Positions 25,851 through 44,422 of a stretch of DNA of 64,000 bases are shown here, piece after piece. Below the pieces are notes generated by a model that saw only the letters and a list, made by a program, of their open reading frames with translations, ran no database searches and was not told where the DNA came from. The position numbers and the translations under genes are program-made. The DNA lies in assembly GCF_009914755.1 (NCBI RefSeq), contig NC_060935.1; one strand, given 5' to 3'. Position 1 is the stretch's first letter. Every line of letters begins with the position of its first letter. Source of the DNA: the human T2T-CHM13v2.0 reference genome, Homo sapiens.

Positions 25851-27329
25851 AGTTCTTTGTGATGCTTCCATTCAACTCACATAGTTGAACGTTCCTTTTG
25901 ATAGAGCAGTTTTGAAAAACTCTTTTTGCAGAATCTTCAAGTGGATATTTGGAGCTCTTTGAGGCCTTCAGTGGAACTGGAACATCTTCACATAAAAACT
26001 AGCCAGAAGTTTTCTCAGAGACTTCTTTGTGATGTGTGCATTAAACTCAGAGAGTTGAACCTTCCTTTTTGTAGAGCAGTTTTGAAACATTCTTTTTGTA
26101 GAATCTGCAAGTAGATATTTGGAGCACTTTGAAGACTATGGTAGAAAAGGAAGTATCTTCATATAAAAACTAGACAGCAGCATTCTCAGAAACTACTTTG
26201 TGATGTGTGCATTCAACACACAGAGTTGAACCTTTCTTTTGATAGAGCAGTTTTGAAACACTCTTTTTGTATAATCTGCAAGAGGATGTTTGGAGCGCTT
26301 TGAGGCCTACAGTGGAAACAGCACTTCTTCACATAAAAACTAGACAGAAGCCTTCTCAGAAACTTCTTTGTGATGTGTGCATTCAACTCAGAGAGTTGAA
26401 CATTCCTTTTGGTAGAGCAGTTTTGGAACAGTCTTTTGCAGAATCGGCAAGTGGATATTTGGAGCGCTTTGAGGCCTATGGTGGAAACAGGAATATCTTT
26501 ACATAAAAACTAGACAGAGGCATTCTCAGAAACTTTTTTATGATGTGTGCATTCAACTCAGAGTGGTAAAACTTCCTTTTGGTAGAGCAGATTTGAAAAA
26601 TTCTTTTTGTGGAATCTGCAAGTGGATATTTGGAGCACTTTGAGGACTATGGTAGAAAAGGAAGTATCCTCATATAAAAACTAGACAGAAACATTATCAG
26701 AAACTACATTGTGATGTGTGCATTCAAGACACAGAGTAGAACCTTCCTTTTGACAGAGCAGTTTTGAAACACTCTTTTTGTAGAATCTGCAAGTGGATGT
26801 TTGAAACGCTTTGAGGCCTGCAGTGGAAACGGTATGTCTTCACATAAAAACTAGACAGAAGCATTCTCAGAAACTTCTTCGTTATGTGTGCATTCAACTC
26901 AGAGAGTTGAACCTTCCTCTTGGTAGAGCAGTTTTGAAACACTCTTTCTGTGGAATCTGCAAGTGGATATTTGGTGCGCTTTGAGGACCATGGTAGAAAA
27001 GAAAGTATCTTTATATAAAAACTAGACAGAAGAATTCTCAGAAACTACTTTGTGATGTGTGCATTCAACTCACAGAAGTGATCCTTTCTTTTGATAGAGC
27101 AGTTTTGAAACACTCTTTTTGTAGAATGTGCAAGTAGACACTTGGCTCACTTTGAGGCCAGTGGTGGAAGAGGAAATATCTTCACATAAAAGCTAAATAG
27201 AAGTATTCTCAGAAACTAGTTCGAGATGTGTGCATTCAACTCACAGAGTTAAACATTGCTTTAGACAGTGCAGTTTTGAAACACTCTTTTTGTAGAATCT
27301 GCAAATGTATATTTGGAGCACTTTGAGGC

Positions 27330-27346
27330 CTTCGGTGGAAACGGGA
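27330..27346 (+). other. CENP-B box
   Basis: CTTCGGTGGAAACGGGA retains all nine core positions. Confidence 0.88.
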
Positions 27347-30300
27347 ACACCTTCACATAAAAACTAGACAAAAGGATTCTCAGAAACTTCCTTGTGATGT
27401 GTGCATTCAACTAAAAGAGTTGAACTTCCTTTTCATAGAGCAGTTTTGAAATTCTCATTTGTAGAATCTGCAATCGGATATTTGGACCACTTTGAGATCT
27501 ACAGTGGAAACGGGAATATCTTCACAGAAAAACTAGACAAAAGCGTTCTCAGACGCAACTTTGTGATGTGTGAATTCAACTCAGAGAGTTGAAGCATCCT
27601 TTTGACAGAGTACTTTTGAAGCACTCTTTTTGTAGAAACTGCAAGTGGATATTTGGATCACTTTGAGGCCCAAGTTTGAAAAGGAAATATCTTCATATCA
27701 AAACTAGACAGAAGCATTCTCAGAAAAGACTTTGTGATGTTTGCATTCAACTCACAGAGTTGAACATTCCTTTTGATTGAGCACTTTTGAGACACTCTCT
27801 TTGTAGAACCTGCAAGTGGATATTTGGAGAGCATGGAGGCCTATGGTGGAAAAGGAAATACCTTCACTTAAAAACTAGACAGAAGCATTCTTGGAAACTT
27901 CTTTGTGATGTGTGCATTCAACTCACAGAGTTGAACCTTCCTTTTGATAGATCAGTTTAGCAACACTCTTTTTGTAGAATCTGCAAGTGGATATTTGAGT
28001 GCTGTGTGGCCTATAGGGGAAATGGGAACATCTTCACATATAAACTAGACAGAACCATTCTCAGAAACTTCTTTGTGACGTGTTCATTCAACTGACAGAG
28101 TTGAACCTTTCTTTTGATAGAGCAGGTTTGAAACACTCTTCTTGAAGAATCTGCAGGTAGATTTTGAGGCCTATGGTAGGTAGGGAAATATCTTCATATA
28201 AAAATTAGACAGAAGCATTCTCAGAAATTTCTCTGTGATGTGTGTATTCAACTCACAGAGTTGAACTTTCCTTTTGATAGAGCAGTTTTGAAACCCTCTT
28301 TTTGTAGAATCTGCAAGGGGACATTTTGAGTGCTTTGTGGCCTACAGTGGAAACGGGAATATCTTTCATAAAAAAACTAGACAGAAGTATTCTAGGAAAC
28401 TTCTTTGTGATGTATGCTTTCAATACAAAGGGATGAACCTTCCTTTTGACAGAGCAGTTTTGAAACACTCTTTTTGTAGAATCTGCAAGTGGACATTTGG
28501 AGCGATTTGAGGCCAATGGTGGAAAAGGAAATATCTTCATGTAAAAATTAGACAGAAGCATTCTCAGAAACTTCTTTTTGATGTGTGCATTCAAATTACA
28601 GAGTTTAAACTTTCTTTTGATAAAGTAGTTTTAAACACTCTTTTTGTAGAATCTGTAAGTGGACATTCGGAGCACTTTGAAGTCTTCGTTGGAAATGGGA
28701 ATATCTTCACAAAAAACTAGAAAGAAGAATTTTCTGTAACTTCTTTGTGATGTCTGCATTCAACTCACAGAGTTGAACATTTCTTTTGATAGAGCAGTTT
28801 TGAAACACTCTTTTTGGAGAATCTGCAAGTGGATATTTGGAGCGCTTTGAGTCCTCTGGTGGAAAAGGAAATATCTTCACATAAAAACTAGACAGAAGTA
28901 TTCTCAGAAACTGCTTTGTGATGTGTGCATTCAACTCACAGATTTGAACCTTCCTTCTGATAGAGCAGTTTTGAAACACTCTTTTTGTAAAATCTGCAAG
29001 TGGATTTTGGAGCGCTTTGAGGCCTTCAGGGGAAACGGGAATATCTTCACATATAAACTAAGCAGAAGCATTCTCAGAAACTTCTTGTGTAGTGTGCTTT
29101 CAACTCACAGAGCTGAATTTTCCTTTTGTAACAGCAGTTTTGAAACACTCTTTTTGTAGAATCTGCCAGTGGATATTTACAGCGCTTTGAGGCCTATGGT
29201 AGAAATGGAAATATCTTCATATAAAAACTAGACAGAAGATTTCTCAGAAACTACTTTGTGATGTGTGCATTCAACTCACAGAGTTGAACCTTCCTTTTGA
29301 CAGAGCAGTTTTGAAACACTCTTTTTGTAGAATCTGCAAGTCAATGTTTGGACTGCTTTGAGGCCTTCATTGGGAATGGGATTATGTTCACAAAAAACTA
29401 GACAGAAGCATTCTTAGAAACTACTTTGTGATGTGTGCATTCAACTCACAGAGTTGAACCTTTATATTGATATGGAAGTTTTGAAACACTCTTTTTGTAG
29501 GATCTGCAAGTGGATATTTGGAGCGCTTTGTAGCCTATGGTGGAAAAGGAAGTATCTTCACATAAAAACCAGACAGAAGCATTCTAACAAACTTCTTTGT
29601 GATGTGTGCATTCAACTCAGAGTTGAACCTTTCGTTTGATAGAACAGTTTTGAAACACCCTTTTTCTAGATTCTGCAAGTGTATATTTGGAGCCCTTTGA
29701 GGCCAATGCTGGTAAAGGATATATCTTCATATGAAAACCAGACAGAAGCATTCTCAAAAACTTCTTTGTGATGTGTGCATTCAACTCACAGTGTTGAACG
29801 TTTCTTTTAATAGGGCAGTTTGGAAACACTCTTTTTGTGGAATCTGCAAGAGGATATTTGGAGTACTTTGAGGCCTATGGTAGAAAAGCAAATATCTTTG
29901 TATAAAAAATAGATAGAAGCATTCTCAGGGACTAACTTGTGATGTGTGCATTAAACTCACAGAGGTGAACCTTCCTTTTGATGGAGTAGTTTTCAAACAC
30001 TCTATTCGTAGAATCTGCAAGTGGGTATTTGGAACGCTTTGAGGCCTACCGTGGGAAAGGAAATATCTTCACATAAAAACTAGACAGAAGCATTATCAGA
30101 AACTTCTTTGTGATGTGTGCATTCAACTCACAGAGTTCACATTCCTTTTGATAGAGCAGTTTTGAAACACTCTTTTTTTAGAATGTGCAAGTGTACATTT
30201 TTTGCGCTTTGAAGCCTACGGTGGAAACGGGAATATCTTCACATATAAAGTAGACAGAATCATTCTCAGAAAGTTCTTTGTGATGTATGGATTCAACTCA

Positions 30301-33300
30301 CAGAGTTGAACCTGTCTTTTGATAGAGCAGTTTTGAAACTCTCTTTTTGTAGAATCTGCAAGGGGATATTTGGAGCGCTTTGAGGACTATGTTGGAAAAG
30401 CAAGTATTTTCACATAAAAATGAGACAGAAGCATCCTCAGAAACTTCTTTGGGACGATTGCATTCAACTCACAGATTTGAAGATACTTTTTCATAGAGCA
30501 GTTCTGAAACGCTCTTTTTGTAGAATCTGCAAGTGGATATTTGCACCACTTTGGGGCCTTCCTTTGAAACGGGAATATCTTCACATAAAAACTAGACAGA
30601 AGTATTCTCAGAAACTTCTTTGTGACATGTGCATTCAACACACAGAGTTGAACCTTCCTTTTGATAGAGCAGTTTTGAAACACTCTTTTTGTAGAATCTG
30701 CAAGTGGATATTTGAAGAGCTTTAAGGCCTACGGTTGAAACGGGAATATCTTCACATAAAAACTAGACAGAAGCATACTGAGAAACGTCTTTGTGATGTG
30801 TGCATTCAACTCACAGATTTGAACCTTTCTTTTGACAGAGCCGTTTTGAAACACTCTTTTTGTAGAATCTGCAAGTGGATATTTGGAGCGATTTGAGGCC
30901 TTCAGTGGTAAAGGAAATATCTTCACATTAAAACTAGATAGAAGCATTCTTAGAAACTTCTTTGTGATATGTGAATTCAGTTCACAGAGTTCAGCCTGTC
31001 TTTTGATAGAGCAGTTTTGAAACACTTTTTCTGGAATCTGCAAGTGGAAATTTGGAGTGCTTTGAGGCCTTCGGTGGAAAAGGAAATATCTTCACATAAA
31101 AACTAGATAGAAGCACTCTCAGAATCTTCTTTGGGATATGTGCATTCAACTCCAAGAGGTGAACCTGTGTTTTGATAGAGCTGTCTTGAAACACTCTTTT
31201 TGTAGAATCTGCAAGTGGACATTTGGAGTGCTTTAAGGGCTATGGTGGAAAAGGAAATATCTTCACATAAGATAAGCTTCTTTGTGATGATTGCATTCAA
31301 CTCACAGAGCTGAACAGACCTTTTCATAGAACAGTTTTGGAACACTCTTTTCGTAGAATCTGCAAGTGGATATTGGGGCTGCTTTGAGGCCTTCATTGAA
31401 AACGGGAATATCTTCACATGAAAACTAGACAGAAGCATTCTCAGGAACTTCTTTGATATGTTTGCATTCAGTTCGCAGAGTTGAAGCTTCCTTTTTATAG
31501 AAGAGTTTTGAAACACTAATTTAGTAGGGTCTGCAGTTGATATTTGGTCCGCTTTTTGGCCTACGGTTGAAACGGGCATATCTTCATATAGAAACTATTC
31601 AGAGGCATTCTCAGAAACTTCTTTGTGATGTGTGCATTCAACTCACAGAGTTGAACCTTTCTTTTGTTAGAGCAGTTTTGAAACACTCACAGAAACTTCT
31701 TTGTGACGATTGCATTCAAATCACAGAGCTGAACATACCTTTTCATAGAGCAGTTTTGGAAAACTCTTTTCATAGAATCTTCAAGTGGATATTGGGACTG
31801 CTTTGAGGCCTTCATTGAAAACGGGAATATCTTAAAATAAAAACTAGACAGAAGCTTTGTCAGAAACTTCTTTGTGATGTGTGCATTCAACTCACAGAGT
31901 TGAACCTTTCTTTTAATACAGCAGTTTTGAAACACTCTTTTTGTAAAATCTGCAAGTGGATATTTGGACTGCTTTGAGGCCTTCATTGGAAACGGGAATA
32001 TCTACACCTAAAAAGTAGACAGAAGCATTTTCAGACACTTCTTTGTGATGTTTGCATTCAACTCACGAAGTTGAACATACCTTTTCATAGAGCAGTTTTG
32101 AAACACTCTTTTTAGAGAATCTGCAATTGACATTTGGACTGCTTTGAGGCCTTCATTGGAAACTGGAATAGCTTCACATAAAAAGTAGAGAGAAGCATTC
32201 TCAGAAACTTCTTTGTGATGTGTGCATTGAACTCACATAGCTGAACCTTTCTTTTGACAGAGCACTTTTCAAACACTCTTTTTGTAGAATCTGCAAGTGG
32301 ATATTTGGAGTGCTTTGAGGCCTTCATTGGAAAAAGTAATATCTTCACATAGAAAGGGGACAGAAGCATTCTCAGGAAGTTCTTTGTGATGTGTGCATTA
32401 AACTCACTGATTTGAACCTTCTTTTTGATAGAGTAGTTTTGAAACACTCTTTTTGTAGAATCTGCAAGTGGATATTTGGATCGCTTTGAGGCCTATGGTG
32501 GAAACGGGAATATCTTCACATTAATCTAGACAGAACCATTCTCAGAAACTTCTTTGAAATGTGTGCATTCAACTCAGAGAGTTGAACCTTCCCTTTGAGA
32601 GATCACTTTGAAAGACTCTTTTTGTAGAATCTGGAAGTGGATATACAGAGCGATTTGAAGCCTTAGTTGCAAACGGGAATATCTTCACATAAAAAGTAGA
32701 GAGAAGCATTCTCAGAAACTTCTTTGTGATGTGTGCATTCAACTCACAGAGTTGAACCTTCCTTTTGATAGAGCAGTTTTGAAACACTCTTTTCTATGAT
32801 CTGCAAGTGTACAGTTGGAGCACTTGGAGTCCGATTGTTGAAACCGGAATTTCTTCACATAAAAACTAGACAGAAGTATTCTCAGAAACTTTTTTGTGAT
32901 GTGTTCGTTCAACTCACAGATTTTCACCTTTCTTTTGAAAGATAGAGCAATTTTGAAACACTCTATTTGTAGAATCTGCAATTGGATATTTTTAGCGCTT
33001 TGAGCCCTTCGGTGGAAAAGGTAATATCTTCACATAGAAACGGGACAGAAGCATTCTCAGGAAGTTCTTTGTGATGTGTGCATTAAACTCACTGATTTGA
33101 ACCTTCCTTTTGATAGAGTAGTTTTGAAACACTCTTTTTGTAGAATCTGCAAGTGGATATTTGGATCACTTTGAGGCCGATGGTGGAAACGGGAATATCT
33201 TCACATAAATCTAGACAGAAGCCTTCTCAGAAACTTCTTTGTAATGTGTGCATTCAACTCAGAGAGTTGAACCTTCCCTTTGAGAGATAAGTTTTGAAAA

Positions 33301-34887
33301 ACTCTTTTTGTAGAATCTGGAAGTGGATATACGGAGCGATTTGAAGCCTTAGTTGCAAACGGGAATATCTTCACATAAAAATTAGATAGAAGCATTCTCA
33401 GAAACTACTTTGTGATGTGTGCATTCAACTCACAGAGTTGAACCTTCCTTTTGATAGAGCGGTTTTGAAACAGTCTTTTTGTAGAATGTGCAAGGGGATA
33501 TTTTGAGAGCTTTGAGACCTATGGTAGAAAAGGAAATATCTTCATATAAGGACTAGAGAGAAGCATTCTCAGAAACTACTTTGTGATGTTTGCATTCATC
33601 TCACAGATTTGAACCTTTCTTTTTATAGAGCAGTTTTGAAACACTCTTTTTGTTGAATCTGCAAGTGGAGATTAGGAGCGCTTTAAGGGCACTGGTGGAA
33701 AAGAAAATGTCTTCACAAAAAAAAACTAGAGAGAAGCATTCTCAGAAACTCCTTTGTGATGTTTGCATTTAGCTCACAGATTTGAACATACCTTTTCATA
33801 GAGCAGTTTTGAAACTCTCTTTTTGTAGAATCCGCTAGTGAATATTTGGACCGCTTTGAGGCCTTCATTGGAAATAGGGAAATCTTCACATAAAAACTAG
33901 ACAGAAGCATTCTCAGAAACTTCTTTTTGATGTGTGCATTCATCTCAGAGAGTTGAACCTTCTTTTTCATAGAGCAGTTTTGAAAGATTCTTTTTGTAGC
34001 ATCTGCAATTGGATATTTGGAGTGCTTTGAAGCCGTCGTTGGAAACGGGAATTTCTTCACATAAACTAGACAGAAGCATTCTCAGAAACTTCTTTGTGAT
34101 GTGTCCATTTAACTCACAAAGTTGAACTTTCCTTTTGATAGAGCAGTTTTGAAACACTCTTTTTGTAGAATCTGCAAGTGGACATTTGGAGCGCTTAGAG
34201 GCCTATGGCAGAAAAGGAAATATCTTCATATAAAAACTAGACAGTAGCATAGTCAGAAACTACTTTTTGATGTGTGCATTCAACTCACAGAGTTGAACTT
34301 TCCTTTTGATAGAGCAGTTTTGAAGCAATCTTTTTGTAGAATCAGCAAGTGGACATTTGGAGTGCTTTGAGACCTTCGGTGGAAAAGGAAATATGTTCAC
34401 ATAAAAACTAGACAGAAGCATTCTCAGAAACTTCTTTGTGATGCGTGCATTCAACTCACAGAGTTGAACGTGTCTTTTGATAGAGCAGTTTTGAAACACT
34501 CTTTTTGTAGAATCTGCAACTGGATATTTGGATTGCTTTGAGGCCTTCTTTGGTAACGGGGATATCTTCGCGTAAAAAACAGGCAGAAGCATTCTCAGAA
34601 ACTTCTTTATGAAGTGTGCATTCAACTCACAGAGTTGAAACTTCCTTTTGATAGAGTAGTTTTGAAAAACTCTTTTTGTAGAATCTGCAACTGGATATTT
34701 GGATTGCTTTGAGGCCTTCGTTGGTAACGGGGATATCTTCACATAAAAAAACAGGCAGAAGCATTCTCAGAAACTTCTTTATGAAGTGTGCATTCAACTC
34801 ACAGAGTTGAAACTTCCTTTTGATAGAGTGGTTTTGAAAAACTCTTTTTGTAGAATCTGCAAGTGGATATTTAGTCTGCTTTGAGGT

Positions 34888-34904
34888 CTTCGTTGGAAAC
34901 GGGA
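34888..34904 (+). other. CENP-B box
   Basis: CTTCGTTGGAAACGGGA. Confidence 0.93.
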
Positions 34905-35229
34905 ATAACTTCATATAAAAACTAGACAGAAGCATTCTTAGAAACTTCTTTGTGATGTGTGTATTCAACTCACAGAGTTGAAACTTCCTTTTGATAGAAC
35001 AGTTATGAAACACTCTTTTTGTAAAATCTGCAAGTGGATATTTGGAGGGCTTTGAGGCCTACGGTTGAAAGAGGAATATCTTCCCATAAAAAATAGACAG
35101 AAGAATTCTTAGAAACTTCTTGGTGATGTGTGCATTGAACACACAGAGTTGAACTTTTCTTTTGATAGAGCAGTTTTGAAATACTCTTTTTGTGGAATCT
35201 GCAAGTGGATATTTGTGCTGCTCTGAGGC

Positions 35230-35246
35230 CTTCGTTGGAAACGGGG
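35230..35246 (+). other. CENP-B box
   Basis: CTTCGTTGGAAACGGGG, core intact. Confidence 0.9.
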
Positions 35247-36200
35247 ATATCTTCACATAAAAACTAGAATGAATCTTTCTCAGAAACTTCTTTTTGGTAT
35301 GTGCATTCAACGAACAGAGCTGAACCTGTCTTTTGATAGAGAAGTTTTGAAACACCCTTTTTGTAGAATATGCAAGTGGACATTTGAAGCGCTCTGAGGG
35401 CTATGGTGGAAAAGGAAGTATCTTCACCTAAAAACTAGACAGAAGCATTCTCAGAAACTTCTTTGTGATGATTGCATTCAATTCACAGAGTTGAACATAC
35501 CTTTTCATAGAGCAGTTTTGAAACATTCTTTTTGTAGAATCAGCAAGTGGATATTTGGAGCGCTTTGAGGCCTACGGTTGAAAACGGAATATCTTCACAT
35601 TAAAACTAGATAGAAGCATTCTCAGAAACTTCTTTGGGATGCGTTCATTCAAATCACAGAGTTGAACGTTTCTTTTGATAGAGAAGTTTGAAAGACTCCT
35701 TTTGTAGAATCTGCAAGTGGATATTTGGACTGCTTTCAGGCCTTCATTGGAAATGGGAATATCTTTACATAAAAACTAGACAAAAGCATTCTCAGAAACT
35801 TCGTTGTGATGTGAGCATTTAACTCAGAGAGTTGAACCTTCCTTTTGATAGTGCAGTTTTGAAACACTCTTTTTGTAGAATCTGCAAATGGATATTTGGA
35901 ATGCTTTGAGGACTACGGTGGAAACGGGAATATCTTCACATAAAAACTAGACAGAAACACTGTCAGAAACTTCTTTGTGATGTGTGCATTCAACTCACAG
36001 AGTTGAACTTTTCTTTTGATAGAGCAGTTTTGAAACACTGTTTTTGTATAATCTGCAAGTGGACATTTGGAGCGCTTTGAGGCCTTCGGTGGAAAAGGAA
36101 ATATCTTCACATAAAAACTAGACAGAAGCATTCTCAGAAACTTCTTCCTGATGTGTGCGTTAAAATCACAGAGTTGAACCTGTCTTTTGATAGAGCAGTT

Positions 36201-36216
36201 TTGAAGAACCCTTTTT
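36201..36216. repeat. Left target-site duplication of the outer L1 (partner 44252-44267)
   Basis: TTGAAGAACCCTTTTT occurs at both ends. It is a rare variant of the monomer's TTGAAACACTCTTTTT, so the match is not generic. Confidence 0.95.
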
Positions 36217-36579
36217 TTTTTATACTTTAAGTTTTAGGGTACATGTGCACATTGTGCAGGTTAGTTACATATGTATACATGTGCCATGCTGGTGCGCTGC
36301 ACCCACTAACTCGTCAACTAGCATTAGGTGTATCCCCCGATGCTATCCCTCCCCCCTCCCCCCACGCCACAACAGTCCCCAGAGTGTGATATTCCCCTTC
36401 CTGTGTCCATGTGATCTCATTGTTCAGTTCCCACCTATGAGTGAGAATATGTGGTGTTTGGTTTTTTGTTCTTGCGATAGTTTACTGAGAATGATGATTT
36501 CCAATTTCATTCATGTCCCTACAAAGGACATGAACTCATCACTTTTTAGGGCTGCATAGTATTCCATGGTGTATATGTG

Positions 36580-36591
36580 CCACATTTTCTT
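36580..36591. repeat. Left TSD of the nested L1 (partner 42650-42661)
   Basis: CCACATTTTCTT at both ends. The reconstructed empty site TTTTCTT/AATCC fits the L1 endonuclease preference. Confidence 0.93.
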
Positions 36592-36632
36592 TTTTTTTTT
36601 TTAATTTTTTTTATTTTTAATTTTTTTTTTTT
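36592..36632 (-). repeat. Interrupted poly(A) tail of the nested L1
   Basis: T-tract of ~41 nt on the + strand with AA/A interruptions, directly after the 3'UTR end. Confidence 0.93.
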
Positions 36633-36760
36633 ATTATACTCTAAGTTTTAGGGTACATGTGCACATTGTGCAGGTTAGTTACATATGTATACATGTGCCA
36701 TGCTGGTGCGCTGCACCCACTAACGTGTCATCTAGGATTAGGTATATCTCCCAATGCTAT

Positions 36761-36794
36761 CCCTCCCCCCTCCCCCGACCCCACCACAGTCCCC
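36761..36794 (-). other. G-rich polypurine tract of the L1 3'UTR (G-quadruplex-capable)
   Basis: CCCTCCCCCCTCCCCCGACCCCACCACAGTCCCC on the + strand gives multiple G-runs on the L1 sense strand. Confidence 0.75.
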
Positions 36795-36837
36795 AGAGTG
36801 TGATATTCCCCTTCCTGTGTCCATGTGATCTCATTGT

Positions 36838-40689
<3,852 letters not shown>

Positions 40690-40728
40690 TCATTAGTTGA
40701 TGCAGTTTCTTCCTAGTCTCGATGGTCT

Positions 40729-41745
40729 TTACATTTTGGCATGATTTTGCAGCGGCTGGTACCGGTTGTTCCTTTCCATGTTTAGCGCTTCCTTCAGGAG
40801 CTCTTTTAGGGCAGGCCTGGTGGTGACAAAATCTCTCAGCATTTGCTTCTCTGTAAAGTATTTTATTTCTCCTTCACTTATGAAGCTTAGTTTGGCTGGA
40901 TATGAAATTCTGGGTTGAAAATTCTTTTCTTTAAGAATGTTGAATATTGGCCCCCACTCTCTTCTGGCTTGTAGGGTTTCTGCCGAGAGATCCGCTGTTA
41001 GTCTGATGGGCTTTCCTTTGAGGGTAACCCGACCTTTCTCTCTGGCTGCCCTTAACATTTTTTCCTTCATTTCAACTTTGGTGAATCTGACAATTATGTG
41101 TCTTGGAGTTGCTCTTCTCGAGGAGTATCTTTGTGGCGTTCTCTGTATTTCCTGAATCTGAACGTTGGCCTGCCTTGCTAGATTGGGGAAGTTCTCCTGG
41201 ATAATATCCTGCAGAGTGTTTTCCAACTTGGTTCCATTCTCCACATCACTTTCAGGTACACCAATCAGACGTAGATTTGGTCTTTTCACATAGTCCCATA
41301 TTTCTTGGAGGCTTTGCTCATTTCTTTTTATTCTTTTTTCTCTAAACTTCCCTTCTCGCTTCATTTCATTCATTTCATCTTCCATTGCTGATACCCTTTC
41401 TTCCAGTTGATCGCATCAGCTCCTGAGGCTTCTGCATTCTTCACGTAGTTCTCAAGCCTTGGTTTTCAGCTCCATCAGCTCCTTTAAGCACTTCTCTGTA
41501 TTGGTTATTCTAGTTATACATTCTTCTAAATTTTTTTCAAAGTTTTCAACTTCTTTGCCTTTGGTTTGAATGTCCTCCGGTAGCTCAGAGTAATTTGATC
41601 GTCTGAAGCCTTCTTCTCTCAGCTCGTCAAAATCATTCTCCATCCAGCTTTGTTCCGTTGCTGGTGAGGAACTGCGTTCCTTTGGAGGAGGAGAGGCACT
41701 CTGCGTTTTAGAGTTTCCAGTTTTTCTGTTCTGTTTTTTCCCCAT
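40729..41745 (-). pseudogene. ORF1: LINE-1 ORF1p (338 codons) disrupted by two in-frame stops
   Basis: MGKKQNRK... ends at TGA codon 98 (41452-41454). A second TGA is at codon 110 (41416-41418). The same frame resumes at M121 (41385) and runs to ...LQNHAKM. Confidence 0.96.
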
Positions 41746-42200
41746 CTTTGTGGTTTTATCTACTTTTGGTCTTTGATGATGGTGATGTACAGATGGGTTT
41801 TCGGTGTAGATGTCCTTTCTGGTTGTTAGTTTTCCTTCTAACAGACAGGACCCTCAGCTGCAGGTCTGTTGGAATACCCTGCCGTGTTAGGTGTCAGTGT
41901 GCCCCTGCTGGGGGGTGCATCCCAGTTAGGCTGCTCGGGGGTCAGGTGTCAGGGACCCACTTGAGGAGGCAGTCTGCCCGTTCTCAGATCTCCAGCTGCG
42001 TGCTGGGAGAACCACTGCTCTCTTCAAAGCTGTCAGACAGGGACACTTAAGTCTGCAGAGGTTACTGCTGTCTTTTTGTTTGTCTGTGCCCTGCCCCCAG
42101 AGGTGGAGCCTACAGAGGCAGGCAGGCCTCCTGGAGTTGTGGTGGGCTCCACCCAGTTCGAACTTCCCGGCTGCTTTGTTTACCTAAGCAAGCCTGGGCA

Positions 42201-42416
42201 ATGGCGGGCGCCCCTCCCCCTGCCTCGTTGCTGCCTTGCAGTTTGATCTCAGACTGCTGTGCTAGCAATCAGCGAGATTCCGTGGACGTAGGACCCTCTA
42301 AGCCAGGTGTGGGATATAGTCTCGTGGTGCGCCGTTTCTTAAGCCGGTCTGAAAAGCGCAATATTCGGGTGGGAGTGACCCGATTTTCCAGGTGCGTCCG
42401 TCACCCCTTTCTTTGA
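42201..42416 (+). CDS. ORF0: LINE-1 antisense ORF0 (71 aa)
   Basis: MAGAPPPASLLPCSLISDCCASNQRDSV...RCVRHPFL, with the expected length and position, in good Kozak context (GCAATGG). Splice-donor-like CAG|GT sites at 42307 and 42392. Confidence 0.9.
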   Translation: MAGAPPPASLLPCSLISDCCASNQRDSVDVGPSKPGVGYSLVVRRFLSRSEKRNIRVGVTRFSRCVRHPFL

Positions 42417-42630
42417 CTCGGAAAGGGAACTCCCTGACCCCTTGCGCTTCCCAGGTGAGGCAATGCCTCGCCCTGCTTCGGTTCGTGCACGGTGCGTGCA
42501 CACACTGGCCTGCGCCCACTGTCTGGCACTCCCTAGTGAGATGAACCCGGTACCTCAGATGGAAATGCAGAAATCACCCGTCTTCTGCGTCACTCACGCT
42601 GGGAGCTGTAGACCGGAGCTGTTCCTATTC

Positions 42631-42639
42631 GGCCATCTT
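42631..42639 (-). promoter_or_regulatory. YY1 binding site at the L1 5' end
   Basis: AAGATGGCC on the L1 sense strand, about 11-19 nt from the 5' end. Confidence 0.88.
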
Positions 42640-42661
42640 GGCTCCTCCCCCACATTTTCTT

Positions 42662-44422
<1,761 letters not shown>

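Larger units (their letters stand above)
1..36216 (+). repeat. Divergent (monomeric) alpha satellite array, left of the L1 cluster
   Basis: Continuous ~171-bp tandem units of the form CATTCTCAGAAACTTCTTTGTGATGTGTGCATTCAACTCACAGAGTTGAACC...TTTTGAAACACTCTTTTTGTAGAATCTGCAAGTGGATATTTGG...GGAAATATCTTCACATAAAAACTAGACAGAAG. Neighbouring monomers are clearly divergent. Confidence 0.99.
30400..36216 (+). repeat. Mixed A/B-type alpha monomers (SF5, R1/R2-like layer)
   Basis: Irregular alternation of pJalpha-box monomers with CTTC(G/A)TTGGAAACGGGA monomers. GATGATTGC and GAACATACCTTTTCATAG variants appear here. Confidence 0.7.
41746..42649 (-). promoter_or_regulatory. L1 5'UTR: internal sense promoter, antisense promoter and CpG-rich island
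   Basis: ~904 bp upstream of the ORF1 ATG, matching the L1HS 5'UTR. It is the only CpG-dense stretch in the window. Confidence 0.92.

Noticed and set aside
34034-34732. Near-CENP-B boxes such as CGTCGTTGGAAACGGGA (~34034) and CTTCGTTGGTAACGGGG (~34716)
   Set aside because: Each alters one of the nine core positions, so they were not counted as intact boxes.
36217-36591. Possible 3' transduction or tandem duplication of the full-length L1's 3' end
   Set aside because: This segment has different subfamily diagnostics (GAG/A) and continues seamlessly at 42662 across a TSD, so it belongs to the older host element.
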